A stretch of DNA of 35,192 nucleotides from Dehalococcoidia bacterium UBA2162 (GCA_002335405.1 DCWM01000054.1:1-35192); one strand, 5' to 3'. Counted from the stretch's first letter, positions 1 through 9,711 are shown. The notes: generated from the sequence alone by a model not told the origin. Numbers and translations: made by a program.

Positions 1-134
1 ACACCCACTTAACAATTAGAGCAGCTGTTGGGGGCAAGCCAAAAAGTCCCCCGAAGATAAACAAAACTATCATGAGTTTTTTACTAACTATTTGATTAAA
101 GTCCGACGAAAATGCTAGACTTTGCTTTAGCCGT

Positions 135-1112
135 ATGCGATACGCCGTTACTGAAGAAAGTTTTGCTAGCCTTACCACCCTATGGACTAGCCAAAATCAC
201 CTGAGATGGAGCTCCATCTTTGTTCTGCCCACTTGGTTACAGGTCTGGTGGCAGGAATTTGGCAATGGAGATAAGCCCCTTTTACTTGCCGTGAGACAAG
301 GTGAGCAAACCACCGGTATTGCGCCTCTTCTCCTAAGAGAAGGGAAAGCTTCCTTCCTCGGAAGTACCGATGTCTGCGATTATCTTGACTTTATCATTGC
401 CCCTAACCGAGAAAAAGTTTTTTTCAATACTTTGCTCGATGACCTGGAAAAGAAGGGTATTGAACAGCTTGACCTAGGGGCAGTACGCCCGGACTCTACT
501 GTAATCACTACTCTGGTTACCGTCGCCCGGGAGAGAGGGTACGAGGTTCAATATCAGCCAGAAGCTGTCTCTGTTGAGTTAGATTTACCGGCTACCTGGG
601 AAAAATATCTGGCGATATTGGATACAAAGCAACGCCACGAGTTAAAACGTAAACTAAGACGAGCATCGGCCGAAGGTAAACTTGATTACCGCCTAGTTAG
701 CGACCGTCTCTTACTCAATCAGACCATCGACGCTTTTCTCAAGATGTTCACGGAGAGCCGTCGCGATAAGGCCACTTTCCTGACGCCTCGTATGGAAGCA
801 TTCTTCCGCTCGCTAGTTAGTGCCATGGCACAGATTGGACTCGCCCGATTCGGTATTCTAGAGCTGGACAGCGTGCCCACAGCAATAATTCTCTATTTTG
901 ATTATAATGATTACATTTACCTCTATAATAGTAGTTATGACCCACGATACGAGTCTTTAAGTGTAGGGTTATTATGTAAAGTCCTAGGCATCGAGTCCAG
1001 TATCTTGACTAGCAAAAAAAAATTTGACTTCTTGAAAGGAAATGAACCCTACAAATACTACCTTGGTGGAAAGGAAATTCCTTTGTACCGTTGCCAGATA
1101 ACTATCCGATGA
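135..1112 (+). CDS. GNAT-fold acyltransferase, CelD/BcsL (FemAB-like, Acetyltransf_6) family
   Basis: 325-aa ORF with family motifs GIAPL, DYLDF, LPATWEKYL, RHELKRKLRR, YLYNSSYDP...SVG and FDFLKGNEPYKY. Confidence 0.8.
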   Translation: MRYAVTEESFASLTTLWTSQNHLRWSSIFVLPTWLQVWWQEFGNGDKPLLLAVRQGEQTTGIAPLLLREGKASFLGSTDVCDYLDFIIAPNREKVFFNTLLDDLEKKGIEQLDLGAVRPDSTVITTLVTVARERGYEVQYQPEAVSVELDLPATWEKYLAILDTKQRHELKRKLRRASAEGKLDYRLVSDRLLLNQTIDAFLKMFTESRRDKATFLTPRMEAFFRSLVSAMAQIGLARFGILELDSVPTAIILYFDYNDYIYLYNSSYDPRYESLSVGLLCKVLGIESSILTSKKKFDFLKGNEPYKYYLGGKEIPLYRCQITIR

Positions 1113-1131
1113 AAGTGAGGGCAAGGCTTCG

Positions 1132-2376
1132 ATGCGAATCCGCCATTTGAAGATAGCCATACTCAGCATACATAGCTGCCCCGTAGGCAAACTCGGTGGC
1201 AAAAATACTGGTGGCATGAGTGTCTATGTACGCGAGGTAGCGAATCGACTGGGTAAACTGGGGCACACCGTTGATATTTTTACCCGCGTTAAGAACCAAA
1301 AGGACAGGGTAATTATCAGCCTGGGGCCTAATTCCCGTCTTATCCACCTCCCTACGGGAGGCGACGGGGAGATAGATAAATTAACCTTATATTCCTACCT
1401 ACCTGAGTTCGCCAACAATGTGGAAAATTTCCGCAGGAATAATGACCTGCATTACGACCTAATCTTCAGTCATTACTGGCTCTCCGGCCGGGCCGGGCAG
1501 ATACTACAACAATGGTGGGATGTACCGCATATTGTCATGTTCCATACCCTCGGTGCCGTAAAGAATACTTTTGCTATCGGCGAAGAGGAGCCGGGGCTTC
1601 GCATGGAGACCGAAAGAGAACTAGCACAAGATTGCAGCTATGTCATCGCCGCCACGCCACAAGAAAAAGCAGCTCTCATCCGGTACTACGGTGCAAAACC
1701 AGAGGGCATCCGCGTCATTCCGTGCGGTGTGAATTCGGAGTTTTTTCAACCCGTAGACAAACTCGTGGCAAAACAACGTCTCGGCTTAAATGGAGACAAA
1801 CTCATTCTATTCGTCGGCCGGATTGAACCGTTAAAAGGCATCGAGCAGTTACTCAGGGCAATACCTCTTCTACCCAATACTCAAGAGTTCAGGCTATTCA
1901 TCATCGGTGGCGATGAATACAGCCGCTATGAAATGGAACGCCTCAAAGAGTTCGTCCGTATTCTCCGGATAGAGAAGACGGTCACTTTCCTGGGTTTGCT
2001 GAAACAAGAGCAATTACCCTATTTTTACAGTGCAGCTGATGTTTGTGTCAGCCCTTCTTATTACGAAAGCTTCGGGCTGGTACCCTTGGAGTCGCTGGCT
2101 TGCGGCACACCAGTAGTGGCTACCAATGTCGGCGCGGCAAGAAGTATTATCCGTCACGAAACGACGGGCTACGTTGTTGAGGATAATTCTCCACGCCACC
2201 TATCCGACAAAATAGCCTTGATTCTTGCCCGCCCTCAGTTTGATACCAACTCTGTTCAATCAATTCGGGCATCGGTTAGCCGATTTAGCTGGGACAAAAC
2301 CACGAATATGATAATTAAGGTCTGCCAACAAACACTTATCGATTATCCCACCCCGATATCTCAGGAGATTCGGTAA
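1132..2376 (+). CDS. GT4 glycosyltransferase, MshA-like (D-inositol-3-phosphate glycosyltransferase homologue)
   Basis: HSCP...GGMSVYV, SHYWLSG, FHTLG, VGRIEPLKG and ESFGLVPLE match MshA-type GT4 enzymes. The substrate is not established. Confidence 0.85.
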   Translation: MRIRHLKIAILSIHSCPVGKLGGKNTGGMSVYVREVANRLGKLGHTVDIFTRVKNQKDRVIISLGPNSRLIHLPTGGDGEIDKLTLYSYLPEFANNVENFRRNNDLHYDLIFSHYWLSGRAGQILQQWWDVPHIVMFHTLGAVKNTFAIGEEEPGLRMETERELAQDCSYVIAATPQEKAALIRYYGAKPEGIRVIPCGVNSEFFQPVDKLVAKQRLGLNGDKLILFVGRIEPLKGIEQLLRAIPLLPNTQEFRLFIIGGDEYSRYEMERLKEFVRILRIEKTVTFLGLLKQEQLPYFYSAADVCVSPSYYESFGLVPLESLACGTPVVATNVGAARSIIRHETTGYVVEDNSPRHLSDKIALILARPQFDTNSVQSIRASVSRFSWDKTTNMIIKVCQQTLIDYPTPISQEIR

Positions 2377-3074
2377 TGACAACCAAAGCGGCTCAAATAC
2401 TAGTGGTAATCCCACATCCCGACGATGCTGAATTCGGTGCTGCTGGCACCGTGGCCCGATGGATACGTAAAGGCAAGGAAGTCGTCTATGTGGTCTGCAC
2501 CAACGGTGATAAGGGCACGAGTGACCCCGAGATGACGTCGGCAAGACTAGCCAAAATCCGGGAGAAGGAACAAAGGGCCGCAGCCAAAGTTCTGGGAGTG
2601 AGAGAAGTGGTTTTCCTGCGCTACCCCGACCAAAGACTGGAAGACACACCCAAATTCCGGAAAGACATCGTACGTGCCATTCGGCAATTCAAACCGGATA
2701 CAGTCGTCACCTGTGACCCCTACAAGCGCTACACTACCCACCGGGACCACCGTATTACCGGACAAGTTACCCTCGATGCCGTCTATCCCACGGCGCGCGA
2801 CCTTCTGGCCTTTCCCGATTTGATTGAGCAAGGTTTTCTGCCCCACGCGGTGAAGGAAGTATTTCTCTGGGGCGCGGACGAACCTAATTATCCCTCCGAC
2901 ATTACCGATACTTTCGAACTCAAAATCGCCGCTCTACTCTACCACAAAAGTCAATTCGGTAACCGCCCGACGCTAGAAATCGTCGAACGCGTGAAACAAT
3001 GGTCTAAGATGTCGGTTGAGGGTAAAGACTACGAACTAGCTGAGGCTTTCTACCGATTTGAGTCATTCCGTTAG
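2376..3074 (+). CDS. PIG-L/LmbE family zinc deacetylase (MshB/BshB-like)
   Basis: PHPDDAE and HRDH metal-binding motifs, TNGDKG and HKSQF. The start overlaps the glycosyltransferase stop (TAATG), suggesting translational coupling. Confidence 0.9.
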   Translation: MTTKAAQILVVIPHPDDAEFGAAGTVARWIRKGKEVVYVVCTNGDKGTSDPEMTSARLAKIREKEQRAAAKVLGVREVVFLRYPDQRLEDTPKFRKDIVRAIRQFKPDTVVTCDPYKRYTTHRDHRITGQVTLDAVYPTARDLLAFPDLIEQGFLPHAVKEVFLWGADEPNYPSDITDTFELKIAALLYHKSQFGNRPTLEIVERVKQWSKMSVEGKDYELAEAFYRFESFR

Positions 3075-3151
3075 TTAACCAAGTAAGCTCCACCTACTTC
3101 TCGACTTTAAGAAGCTCGCTACAGTTTCCTAATACCTACCTGAGAGACAAA

Positions 3152-3610
3152 ATGGACAGAGAACCAAGGCGTGATGCCGACCTAAACAAACGCCTCACCC
3201 CCTACTTTACCGGCGTCCAGGTCGCCTTTCCAGATAAGTTTGATTTAGGCACGGCGACGCTATTTCAACGTCGGGTATGGGAGACAACCCAGCTCATACC
3301 TTACGGTGAGACAAGGAGCTACCGCTGGGTGGCCGAACGTATGGGACAGCCAGCAGCGGCGCGCGCCGTCGGGCAGGCTCTAGCAAAAAACCCACTACCG
3401 ATCATCATCCCCTGCCATCGAGTAGTCACCAACAACGGCAAGCTCGGCGGCTTCAGTGGCGGGCTAGAGATGAAACGCTACCTACTCCGCTTGGAACAAC
3501 CAAACCCTACGACTTCCGATGTGCAGTGTCAACCTTCTCCACCCTCAACCCTTCCTCCCCCACCAGTTCTGCCAGCCGCTGATGAAGCACAAGGCAGTAA
3601 TCCGTCGTAA
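3152..3610 (+). CDS. ogt: Methylated-DNA--protein-cysteine methyltransferase (short N-terminus, 3' end overlaps dnaE)
   Basis: IPYGETRSY, ARAVGQA, NPLPIIIPCHRV active site and K..LL.LE. Confidence 0.9.
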   Translation: MDREPRRDADLNKRLTPYFTGVQVAFPDKFDLGTATLFQRRVWETTQLIPYGETRSYRWVAERMGQPAAARAVGQALAKNPLPIIIPCHRVVTNNGKLGGFSGGLEMKRYLLRLEQPNPTTSDVQCQPSPPSTLPPPPVLPAADEAQGSNPS

Positions 3611-6600
3611 TATTAGTCAACTTCAAATTAACCACTTCACCCTCGCTATTAACACAAAGACCCACCTCATCTCCACCAGGAAAGTCTTTCAGAACACCAA
3701 TTACCTGCCGGAATCGGGCAACATCGCCACCCTCATTTCCAGTCTCAGCCAGACTAATAACCAGCCGGCGCTTTTCAACCGTCATCTCAACTGTGGTCGG
3801 GGCAGTCTCAGCCACAACCACCGTCTCAACAGAAGCTTTTTCCGCCTGATACACCTGCACGCGGTTACAATTCAACTGCACTCGCTCATCACGGAGTTTG
3901 ACCTTCCCTTCAAGTTGCAAGGTATTCCCTTCCTGCCACAAGTCCCGCGTTTTCTCATAGACATTAGGCCAAACGATAACTTCCACTTGACCGCTGATGT
4001 CTTCAAACGCCACTTTGACAAAAGGCCTATGATCCCGAGTCAATAAGGGAATAGCGCCAGCAACCTCACCAACGACGACCACAGCTTGACCGTCCATCCC
4101 TAAATCAATTTCCCCACATAGCATCGTTCCTAACTTCTTGGAACTAAATAGCGGTTTCGATAATGATACGCCCAGGAGTTCCTTTTCCCATGCTGATTTT
4201 TCTCGAGCAGTAACCTCAGCGACACTCAGTTCTACACTAGGCAGCGGGGTCGGCACCGTTTGTCCCCACAGGTCAAACATAGTCGCCTGCCCGGTTTCCC
4301 GCCGTCTTTGCTCCCGCTGTGCTAGCGAGAGAAGGCTTTCAACATTATGGCGCAGAGTACCCCGCTCACCCAGCGAATCCAGCGCACCTGCCTCAATCAA
4401 GCTTTCCAGCACCCGACGGTTGACCCCGCGCAAATCACAGCGGCGGCAGAAATCCCCGATAGATTTGAAGTCGCCATTCTTCTGTCGTTCGCCGACAATA
4501 GGCTCAACGGCTCCGACCCCCACGTTCTTTATCGTCGCTAGCCCGAAACGAATAGCCGAGGTTCCAAAATCGAGCTTTTCCACGGAAAAGTTAACCTGGC
4601 TCCGGTTAACATCCGGAAGAAGTACGGTAATACCGAGCCGACGACACTCGGCCACCGCCGTAGCTACCTTCTCCGCCTGACCAGCATAACCCATAAGGAA
4701 GGCAGCAAGGTATTCGGCCGGGTAGTTAGCCTTAAGATAGGCAGTTTGATAGGCAATCAGGGCATAGCTGAACGCATGAGCCTTATTGAAGGCATAGCCG
4801 GCAAAGGGCTCAATGAGAGCAAAGATCTTGGCCGTTACCTCAGACGCAAAACCATTTTCCCTAGCCCCGTCTATGAAGTTTTGTTTTTCCTTCTGCATTA
4901 CCTCAGGAATCTTTTTCCCCATCGCCTTACGGAAGATATCTGCCTGCCCCAGACTGTAGCCCGCCAGCGCCTGGACAATAAATAACACCTGCTCCTGGTA
5001 AACAATGACCCCGTAGGTTTCCTTCAGGATGCTCTCCAGCGCCGGATGGGGATAGCGGATGGGCTCTTTACCCTGCTTGGCCCGAATAAAGGTCGGGATA
5101 TGCTCCATAGGACCAGGACGGTACAGGGCAACCATGGCGGCAATATCTCGGAAGATGGTGGGCTTAAGCTCCTTAATATAGCGACGCATACCGGCTCCTT
5201 CCAGTTGAAACACCCCAGCCGTTTCCCCCGAAGATAAAAGAGCAAAGGTTTTCGCGTCATTCATCGGAAGCCGATGCAGGTCGATGTCAATACCACGGTT
5301 CTCGCTAATAAGCTCCCCAGTTTTACCCAAAATGGTCAGATTAGCCAGACCAAGAAAATCCATCTTCAAAAGACCAATCTGGGCGATATCCTCCATACTG
5401 AACTGAGTCATGACAGCATCAGCACTATTAGCCTTACTGGCCCGCTGTAAAGGTACATATTTGGTCAGAGGCTCTTTCGAGATGACCACGCCGGCGGCGT
5501 GAGTGCTTGCATGACGAGAAATACCCTCTACCCTCTGAGCGGAATCAACCAGTTCACGGATGGTGGCATCAGCTTCGTAGATACTTCCCAGTTCACTATT
5601 CTCCTTCAGGGCACGCTCCAGAGTCATACCAGGAGCGAAGGGGACAAGCCGAGCAACACGGTCAACATCGCCATAAGTCATACCCAAGGCTCGCCCCACA
5701 TCACGGAGGGCAGCCCGAGCGCCGAGAGTCCCGAAGGTAATTATCTGAGCAACATGGTCTGACCCGTATTTCTGAGATACATAGCTGATGACCTCGTCGC
5801 GACGGGCGTCTTCAAAATCCAGGTCAATATCCGGCATCTCGCGGCGCTCTAAGTTAAGAAAGCGCTCAAAAACAAGCCTATTAGCCACCGGGTCAACCTC
5901 GGTAATACCTAGGCAATATAAAACAATACTGGCGGCAGCGCTACCCCTCACCCCAAACAATATACCGCCTTTCTTGGCAAAGGAGATAATGTCCCAGACA
6001 ACTAGGAAATAGTTAGCGAACTGAGTCTTCCTGATTACCTCAAGCTCGTATTCCAGACGCCGCCTTATTTCTTCGGAGAGAATCGGGTAGTACCGCGGCA
6101 AACCCTCATAGCAGAGGGATGCCAGAAAATCATCCGCCGTTTTGCCCTCCGGCAATTCGAGTTCGGGCAAGAACAGGCGACCAAAATCGAGTTTAAGATT
6201 ACACATCTCGGCGATACGTCGGGTATTTTCCACCGCCTCTGGAATATCCTGATAAAGCTCCATCATCTCTTGGGGACTCTTAATATAGAAAAAGGGACCG
6301 GCCATTTTCATCCTTTTCCCATCACCAACGGTTGAGTTAGTCCCAATACGCAACAGGATATCATGGGTTAAGGCATCTTCCTGATTAATATAATGGGCAT
6401 CGTTAGTGGCGACCAGCGGGATACCCAGCTCAGAGTTCAACAGGATGAGGCCCTGATTTATCTGCTCTAATTCCGGTATTGGATGCCTCTGTATTTCAAG
6501 ATAAAAATCATCAAAGGTCTCTTTATACCACAGAGCCTCGCGCCTAGCTTCATCCAATCGCCCCTGCAGAATAAGCTGCGGCACCTCACCAGCAATACAT

Positions 6601-7001
6601 GCCGTGAGCGCCACCAAACCTTGATGATGTTGCTGGAGCAACTCCTTATCGATCCGTGGCCGATAATAATGACCCTCCAAGTGAGCCTTAGTGGTAAGCT
6701 CAAGCAAATTACGGTACCCCGTCTGGTTTTTAGCCAACAAAATAAGATGGGAATAGTTTTTCTCGCCGACATTATGAGTCAAACGGCTGTCGGGAGCGAC
6801 ATACACCTCACAGCCGACAATAGGTTTGATACCAGCAGCTCTGGCAGCTTTATAGAACTGAATGGCACCATACATGACGCCGTGGTCGGTGATGGCCATA
6901 CTATCCATACCCAACTCTTTAGCTCGTGCCACCAGTTGGGGTATACGGCACATACCGTCAAGTAGACTATACTCGGTATGGACATGAAGATGGGTAAACA
7001 T
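3507..7001 (-). CDS. dnaE: DNA polymerase III alpha subunit
   Basis: PHP domain HLHVHTEYS/TDHG, RGSAAAS, MPDIDLDF, LLKMDFLGL, YAFNKAH and a C-terminal OB fold; 1164 aa with no intein-sized insert. Confidence 0.98.
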   Translation of the reverse strand: MFTHLHVHTEYSLLDGMCRIPQLVARAKELGMDSMAITDHGVMYGAIQFYKAARAAGIKPIVGCEVYVAPDSRLTHNVGEKNYSHLILLAKNQTGYRNLLELTTKAHLEGHYYRPRIDKELLQQHHQGLVALTACIAGEVPQLILQGRLDEARREALWYKETFDDFYLEIQRHPIPELEQINQGLILLNSELGIPLVATNDAHYINQEDALTHDILLRIGTNSTVGDGKRMKMAGPFFYIKSPQEMMELYQDIPEAVENTRRIAEMCNLKLDFGRLFLPELELPEGKTADDFLASLCYEGLPRYYPILSEEIRRRLEYELEVIRKTQFANYFLVVWDIISFAKKGGILFGVRGSAAASIVLYCLGITEVDPVANRLVFERFLNLERREMPDIDLDFEDARRDEVISYVSQKYGSDHVAQIITFGTLGARAALRDVGRALGMTYGDVDRVARLVPFAPGMTLERALKENSELGSIYEADATIRELVDSAQRVEGISRHASTHAAGVVISKEPLTKYVPLQRASKANSADAVMTQFSMEDIAQIGLLKMDFLGLANLTILGKTGELISENRGIDIDLHRLPMNDAKTFALLSSGETAGVFQLEGAGMRRYIKELKPTIFRDIAAMVALYRPGPMEHIPTFIRAKQGKEPIRYPHPALESILKETYGVIVYQEQVLFIVQALAGYSLGQADIFRKAMGKKIPEVMQKEKQNFIDGARENGFASEVTAKIFALIEPFAGYAFNKAHAFSYALIAYQTAYLKANYPAEYLAAFLMGYAGQAEKVATAVAECRRLGITVLLPDVNRSQVNFSVEKLDFGTSAIRFGLATIKNVGVGAVEPIVGERQKNGDFKSIGDFCRRCDLRGVNRRVLESLIEAGALDSLGERGTLRHNVESLLSLAQREQRRRETGQATMFDLWGQTVPTPLPSVELSVAEVTAREKSAWEKELLGVSLSKPLFSSKKLGTMLCGEIDLGMDGQAVVVVGEVAGAIPLLTRDHRPFVKVAFEDISGQVEVIVWPNVYEKTRDLWQEGNTLQLEGKVKLRDERVQLNCNRVQVYQAEKASVETVVVAETAPTTVEMTVEKRRLVISLAETGNEGGDVARFRQVIGVLKDFPGGDEVGLCVNSEGEVVNLKLTNITTDYCLVLHQRLAELVGEEGLRVEKVDTAHRKS

Positions 7002-7032
7002 CGTCCTCTCTGACCAAGAATTTAGCTAAGTG

Positions 7033-7041
7033 ATTATAACA
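7033..7041 (-). promoter_or_regulatory. Extended -10 promoter (TGtTATAAT) for dnaE
   Basis: The minus strand reads TGTTATAAT about 30 nt upstream of the dnaE ATG, followed by a GAGAGG ribosome-binding site. Confidence 0.6.
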
Positions 7042-7172
7042 TAGAGGACTCTTTTCTGAGGCGCGATTTGTGAATTAATTTCCGGCAAGATTACAACCTT
7101 TTGAAACGGATGAAACAACCATATACTTTTCTACCAGAGCAAGGTAAAATCTGAATAGCCAGGAGGTAAGGT

Positions 7173-7928
7173 TTGAAGATTATTACCAATGGAGACGAAG
7201 TCAGTATCGCTCAAGGACTATTTATCGTATGCCTGCCCTTCCTTTTTCTTACCGCCAGCCTTACCTGGGCAATAAACACCCTCTGGATATATCAACACGG
7301 CTTCGAGAAGTATAATATCAGCACTACCACCGGCTTAGCTCAAGAAGAACTGGAGAAAGCCGCCCGGGGACTGATTAACTATTTTAACTCCAGCGATGAA
7401 TATATCAACCTCACCGTAATTAAGGATGGCCAGCTTCTTCAGCTCTTCAATCAGCGCGAAATAAGCCATCTCAAAGATGTCAAAGGTCTATTCCGGCTGA
7501 ACTATCGGGTCTTACTGGGGACAGTGACTTACGCTCTAGCCTATACATTCTCTTGTCTCTTCTGGCGACGGAGAAGGTACCGGCAACGATTAGCTTGGAA
7601 TGTCGTTAGCGGAAGCATCCTGACCCTGATTCTTATGCTGGTTATGGGAATGGGCGCCCTCTTGGGAGACGAACAATTTGCTCGGTTCTTCTTGCAATTT
7701 CACCTTATCAGCTTCACCAACGATCTGTGGCTGCTCGACCCAACGAAAGACTACCTCCTCATGCTTTTCCCACAAGGTTTCTGGTTTGATACCACCCGCT
7801 TCGTTGCTCTAGCAACCACTGGTATGGCGATAGTCTTCGGTGGGTTGGCCGGCGGTTTCCTATTCCTCAAGTATCAAAGCCAGCAGCAGTCAAACAACAA
7901 TAAATCTGAACGGGAAACTAAACGTTAA
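7173..7928 (+). CDS. Integral membrane protein, TIGR01906/DUF1461-like
   Basis: AGGAGG SD before a TTG start; FNQREISHLKDVK and FH..SFTNDLWLLDP..DYLLMLFPQGF motifs; several hydrophobic helices. Confidence 0.8.
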   Translation: MKIITNGDEVSIAQGLFIVCLPFLFLTASLTWAINTLWIYQHGFEKYNISTTTGLAQEELEKAARGLINYFNSSDEYINLTVIKDGQLLQLFNQREISHLKDVKGLFRLNYRVLLGTVTYALAYTFSCLFWRRRRYRQRLAWNVVSGSILTLILMLVMGMGALLGDEQFARFFLQFHLISFTNDLWLLDPTKDYLLMLFPQGFWFDTTRFVALATTGMAIVFGGLAGGFLFLKYQSQQQSNNNKSERETKR

Positions 7929-7988
7929 AATGTACCGGCACGCTATTTGACTATAATCACAGCCTTCATATTCGAGCATGAAACCCAA

Positions 7989-8219
7989 CTACACAGCGCA
8001 GGTGCCGCAGCTTGTCGAGGCACAACCACCACAAGAGTTACCCCCGAGCGGGGCAGCCACCCCACCCTCAGTCACCGAGAATGAGGCGAAGGTAGATAAT
8101 ACCCGTGGCGAGCATTCACGGCAATGAGGACAGTCAGCATCCTCACCCGACCGACTTAACGGTCGGAGAAGTTCAAACTTAAATTCACATTCCAGGCATT
8201 GATATTCATAAATCGGCAT
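7989..8219 (-). CDS. FmdB-family zinc-ribbon protein
   Basis: MPIYEYQCLEC...FE...CPHC with a C-terminal CGGCASTSCGTC. Start placed at ATG 8219, just after GGCAAGGAG, not at the ORF-track start of 8264. Confidence 0.85.
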   Translation of the reverse strand: MPIYEYQCLECEFKFELLRPLSRSGEDADCPHCRECSPRVLSTFASFSVTEGGVAAPLGGNSCGGCASTSCGTCAV

Positions 8220-8223
8220 CTCC

Positions 8224-8482
8224 TTGCCCCCTGCAACCAATCTAGCCCTTCCGTCGTTAGCCAACCAAGCTGAGTAAATTTAAGAACCAGCCCCCCGCGG
8301 CTTGTATTCTCGGATCATTTTATTCTACCGTGACAGTATAACACGATCTTGGAACCTTTGTCCTCGGGTAATTTAGCCCGATTCGGTTCAATCTCAGAGC
8401 AAGGAACCAAGAGATCGGTTTCGGGAATTTCGCCAGCAAAAGGAATATGTATATCTCCCAATGGGAACTCTTTATTCTTGAA
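8224..8482 (-). pseudogene. Degenerate rhodanese-like domain
   Basis: KNKEF..DIHIPFAGEIPETDLLVP..EIE....LPEDKGSKIVLYC resembles single-domain rhodaneses. An in-frame TGA at 8315-8317 follows the catalytic Cys, and there is no good SD. Confidence 0.55.
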
Positions 8483-8535
8483 TATCCCCCACAAGCTCTC
8501 ACCACCCATCGGAACCTCTGACGGCACCTATTCCC

Positions 8536-8564
8536 TTGCATTTACGAACCGTCCGTGCTATCAT
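8536..8564 (+). promoter_or_regulatory. Sigma70 promoter of recA (TTGCAT-N17-TATCAT, extended TGn)
   Basis: -35 at 8536-8541, -10 at 8559-8564, 17-nt spacer ending in TGC. Confidence 0.7.
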
Positions 8565-8578
8565 CACACCGGGTGTTT

Positions 8579-9580
8579 ATGACCACAGAGAAAGGAAAAG
8601 TACTAGAGCTAGCCATCGGCCAAATTGAAAAACGATTTGGTAAAGGCGCAATTATGAAGCTGGGAGAGTCGACCGCCATGTTCCCAGTGGAAATTATTCC
8701 CAGTGGCTCACTCGCACTAGACCTAGCTTTAGGCGTGGGGGGTATCCCCAGAGGGCGAATTACCGAAATATTTGGTCCAGAAGCCTCAGGCAAAACGACT
8801 CTCGGCCAGCACATCATTGCCGAAGCTCAAAGGCGCGGTGGGGTTGCGGCCTACATCGATGTTGAGCACGCCCTAGACCCAGATTATGCCGGTCGTTGTG
8901 GGGTCAATATTGATGACATGCTCATCTCCCAACCGGATACTGGCGAGCAAGCCCTGGAGATTACGGAAGCGCTGGTCAGAAGTGGAGCAGTTGATATTAT
9001 CGTTATTGACAGCGTCGCCGCTCTAGTCCCCCAAGCGGAAATTGAAGGAGAGATGGGGGACGCCCATGTCGGTTTGCAAGCCCGCCTTATGTCCCAGGCC
9101 TTAAGAAAGCTGGCATCTGCCATCGCTAAATCGGGAACTGCGGTGGTCTTCATCAATCAATTGAGGGAAAAAGTAGGCATCTTTTTTGGTAACCCCGAGG
9201 TAACACCAGGCGGCCGGGCTCTAAAGTTCTACAGCTCGGTCAGAGTAGATTTAAGACGTGCCGATACCATCAAACAAGGAGACGTGGCAATAGGTAATCG
9301 CGTCAAAGCAAGAGTGGTTAAGAATAAGGTTGCCGCTCCTTTCCGAAGTGCCGAGTTTGACATCATGTTTGACCGCGGCATCAGTCGAGAAGGTAATCTT
9401 CTTGACCTGGGTGTCGGACTAGGGCTCGTAAGTAAGTCTGGTGCCTTTTTCTCCTGCGGTGATACTCGTCTAGGGCAAGGTAGAGAGAGTACTAAGCAAT
9501 ACCTACAGGAACACCCAGAACTTGCTCAGGAACTTGAACAGCAGATTAGAACCTCAGCGATGAAACCCGCAATTGCCTAG
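8579..9580 (+). CDS. recA: Recombinase A
   Basis: GPEASGKTT Walker [41 protein letters not shown] and KVVKNK-like RVVKNK. ATG 8579 is preferred because 8555 lies inside the promoter. Confidence 0.99.
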   Translation: MTTEKGKVLELAIGQIEKRFGKGAIMKLGESTAMFPVEIIPSGSLALDLALGVGGIPRGRITEIFGPEASGKTTLGQHIIAEAQRRGGVAAYIDVEHALDPDYAGRCGVNIDDMLISQPDTGEQALEITEALVRSGAVDIIVIDSVAALVPQAEIEGEMGDAHVGLQARLMSQALRKLASAIAKSGTAVVFINQLREKVGIFFGNPEVTPGGRALKFYSSVRVDLRRADTIKQGDVAIGNRVKARVVKNKVAAPFRSAEFDIMFDRGISREGNLLDLGVGLGLVSKSGAFFSCGDTRLGQGRESTKQYLQEHPELAQELEQQIRTSAMKPAIA

Positions 9581-9711
9581 CGGCTAATGATTGACCACCA
9601 ATTTAATCGTGGTTAGTTAATAGAATATACAAAAAGATAGCCGGTTCGCTAAAGTTGAGGCTCCAATCTCAACTTTATTTGTTAAAAGGAGCAGAATCGG
9701 TAGTGAGTAAG

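Noticed and set aside
3519-6985. Many alternative-frame and antisense ORFs within dnaE (likewise within rny, gyrA, folC and others)
   Set aside because: They are shadow ORFs with no motifs or SD, fully overlapping strong genes.
8545-8560. Possible LexA box in the recA promoter (CGAAC-CGTCC-GTGC)
   Set aside because: The spacing is N5 and the right half is degenerate compared with GAAC-N4-GTTC, so it cannot be supported.
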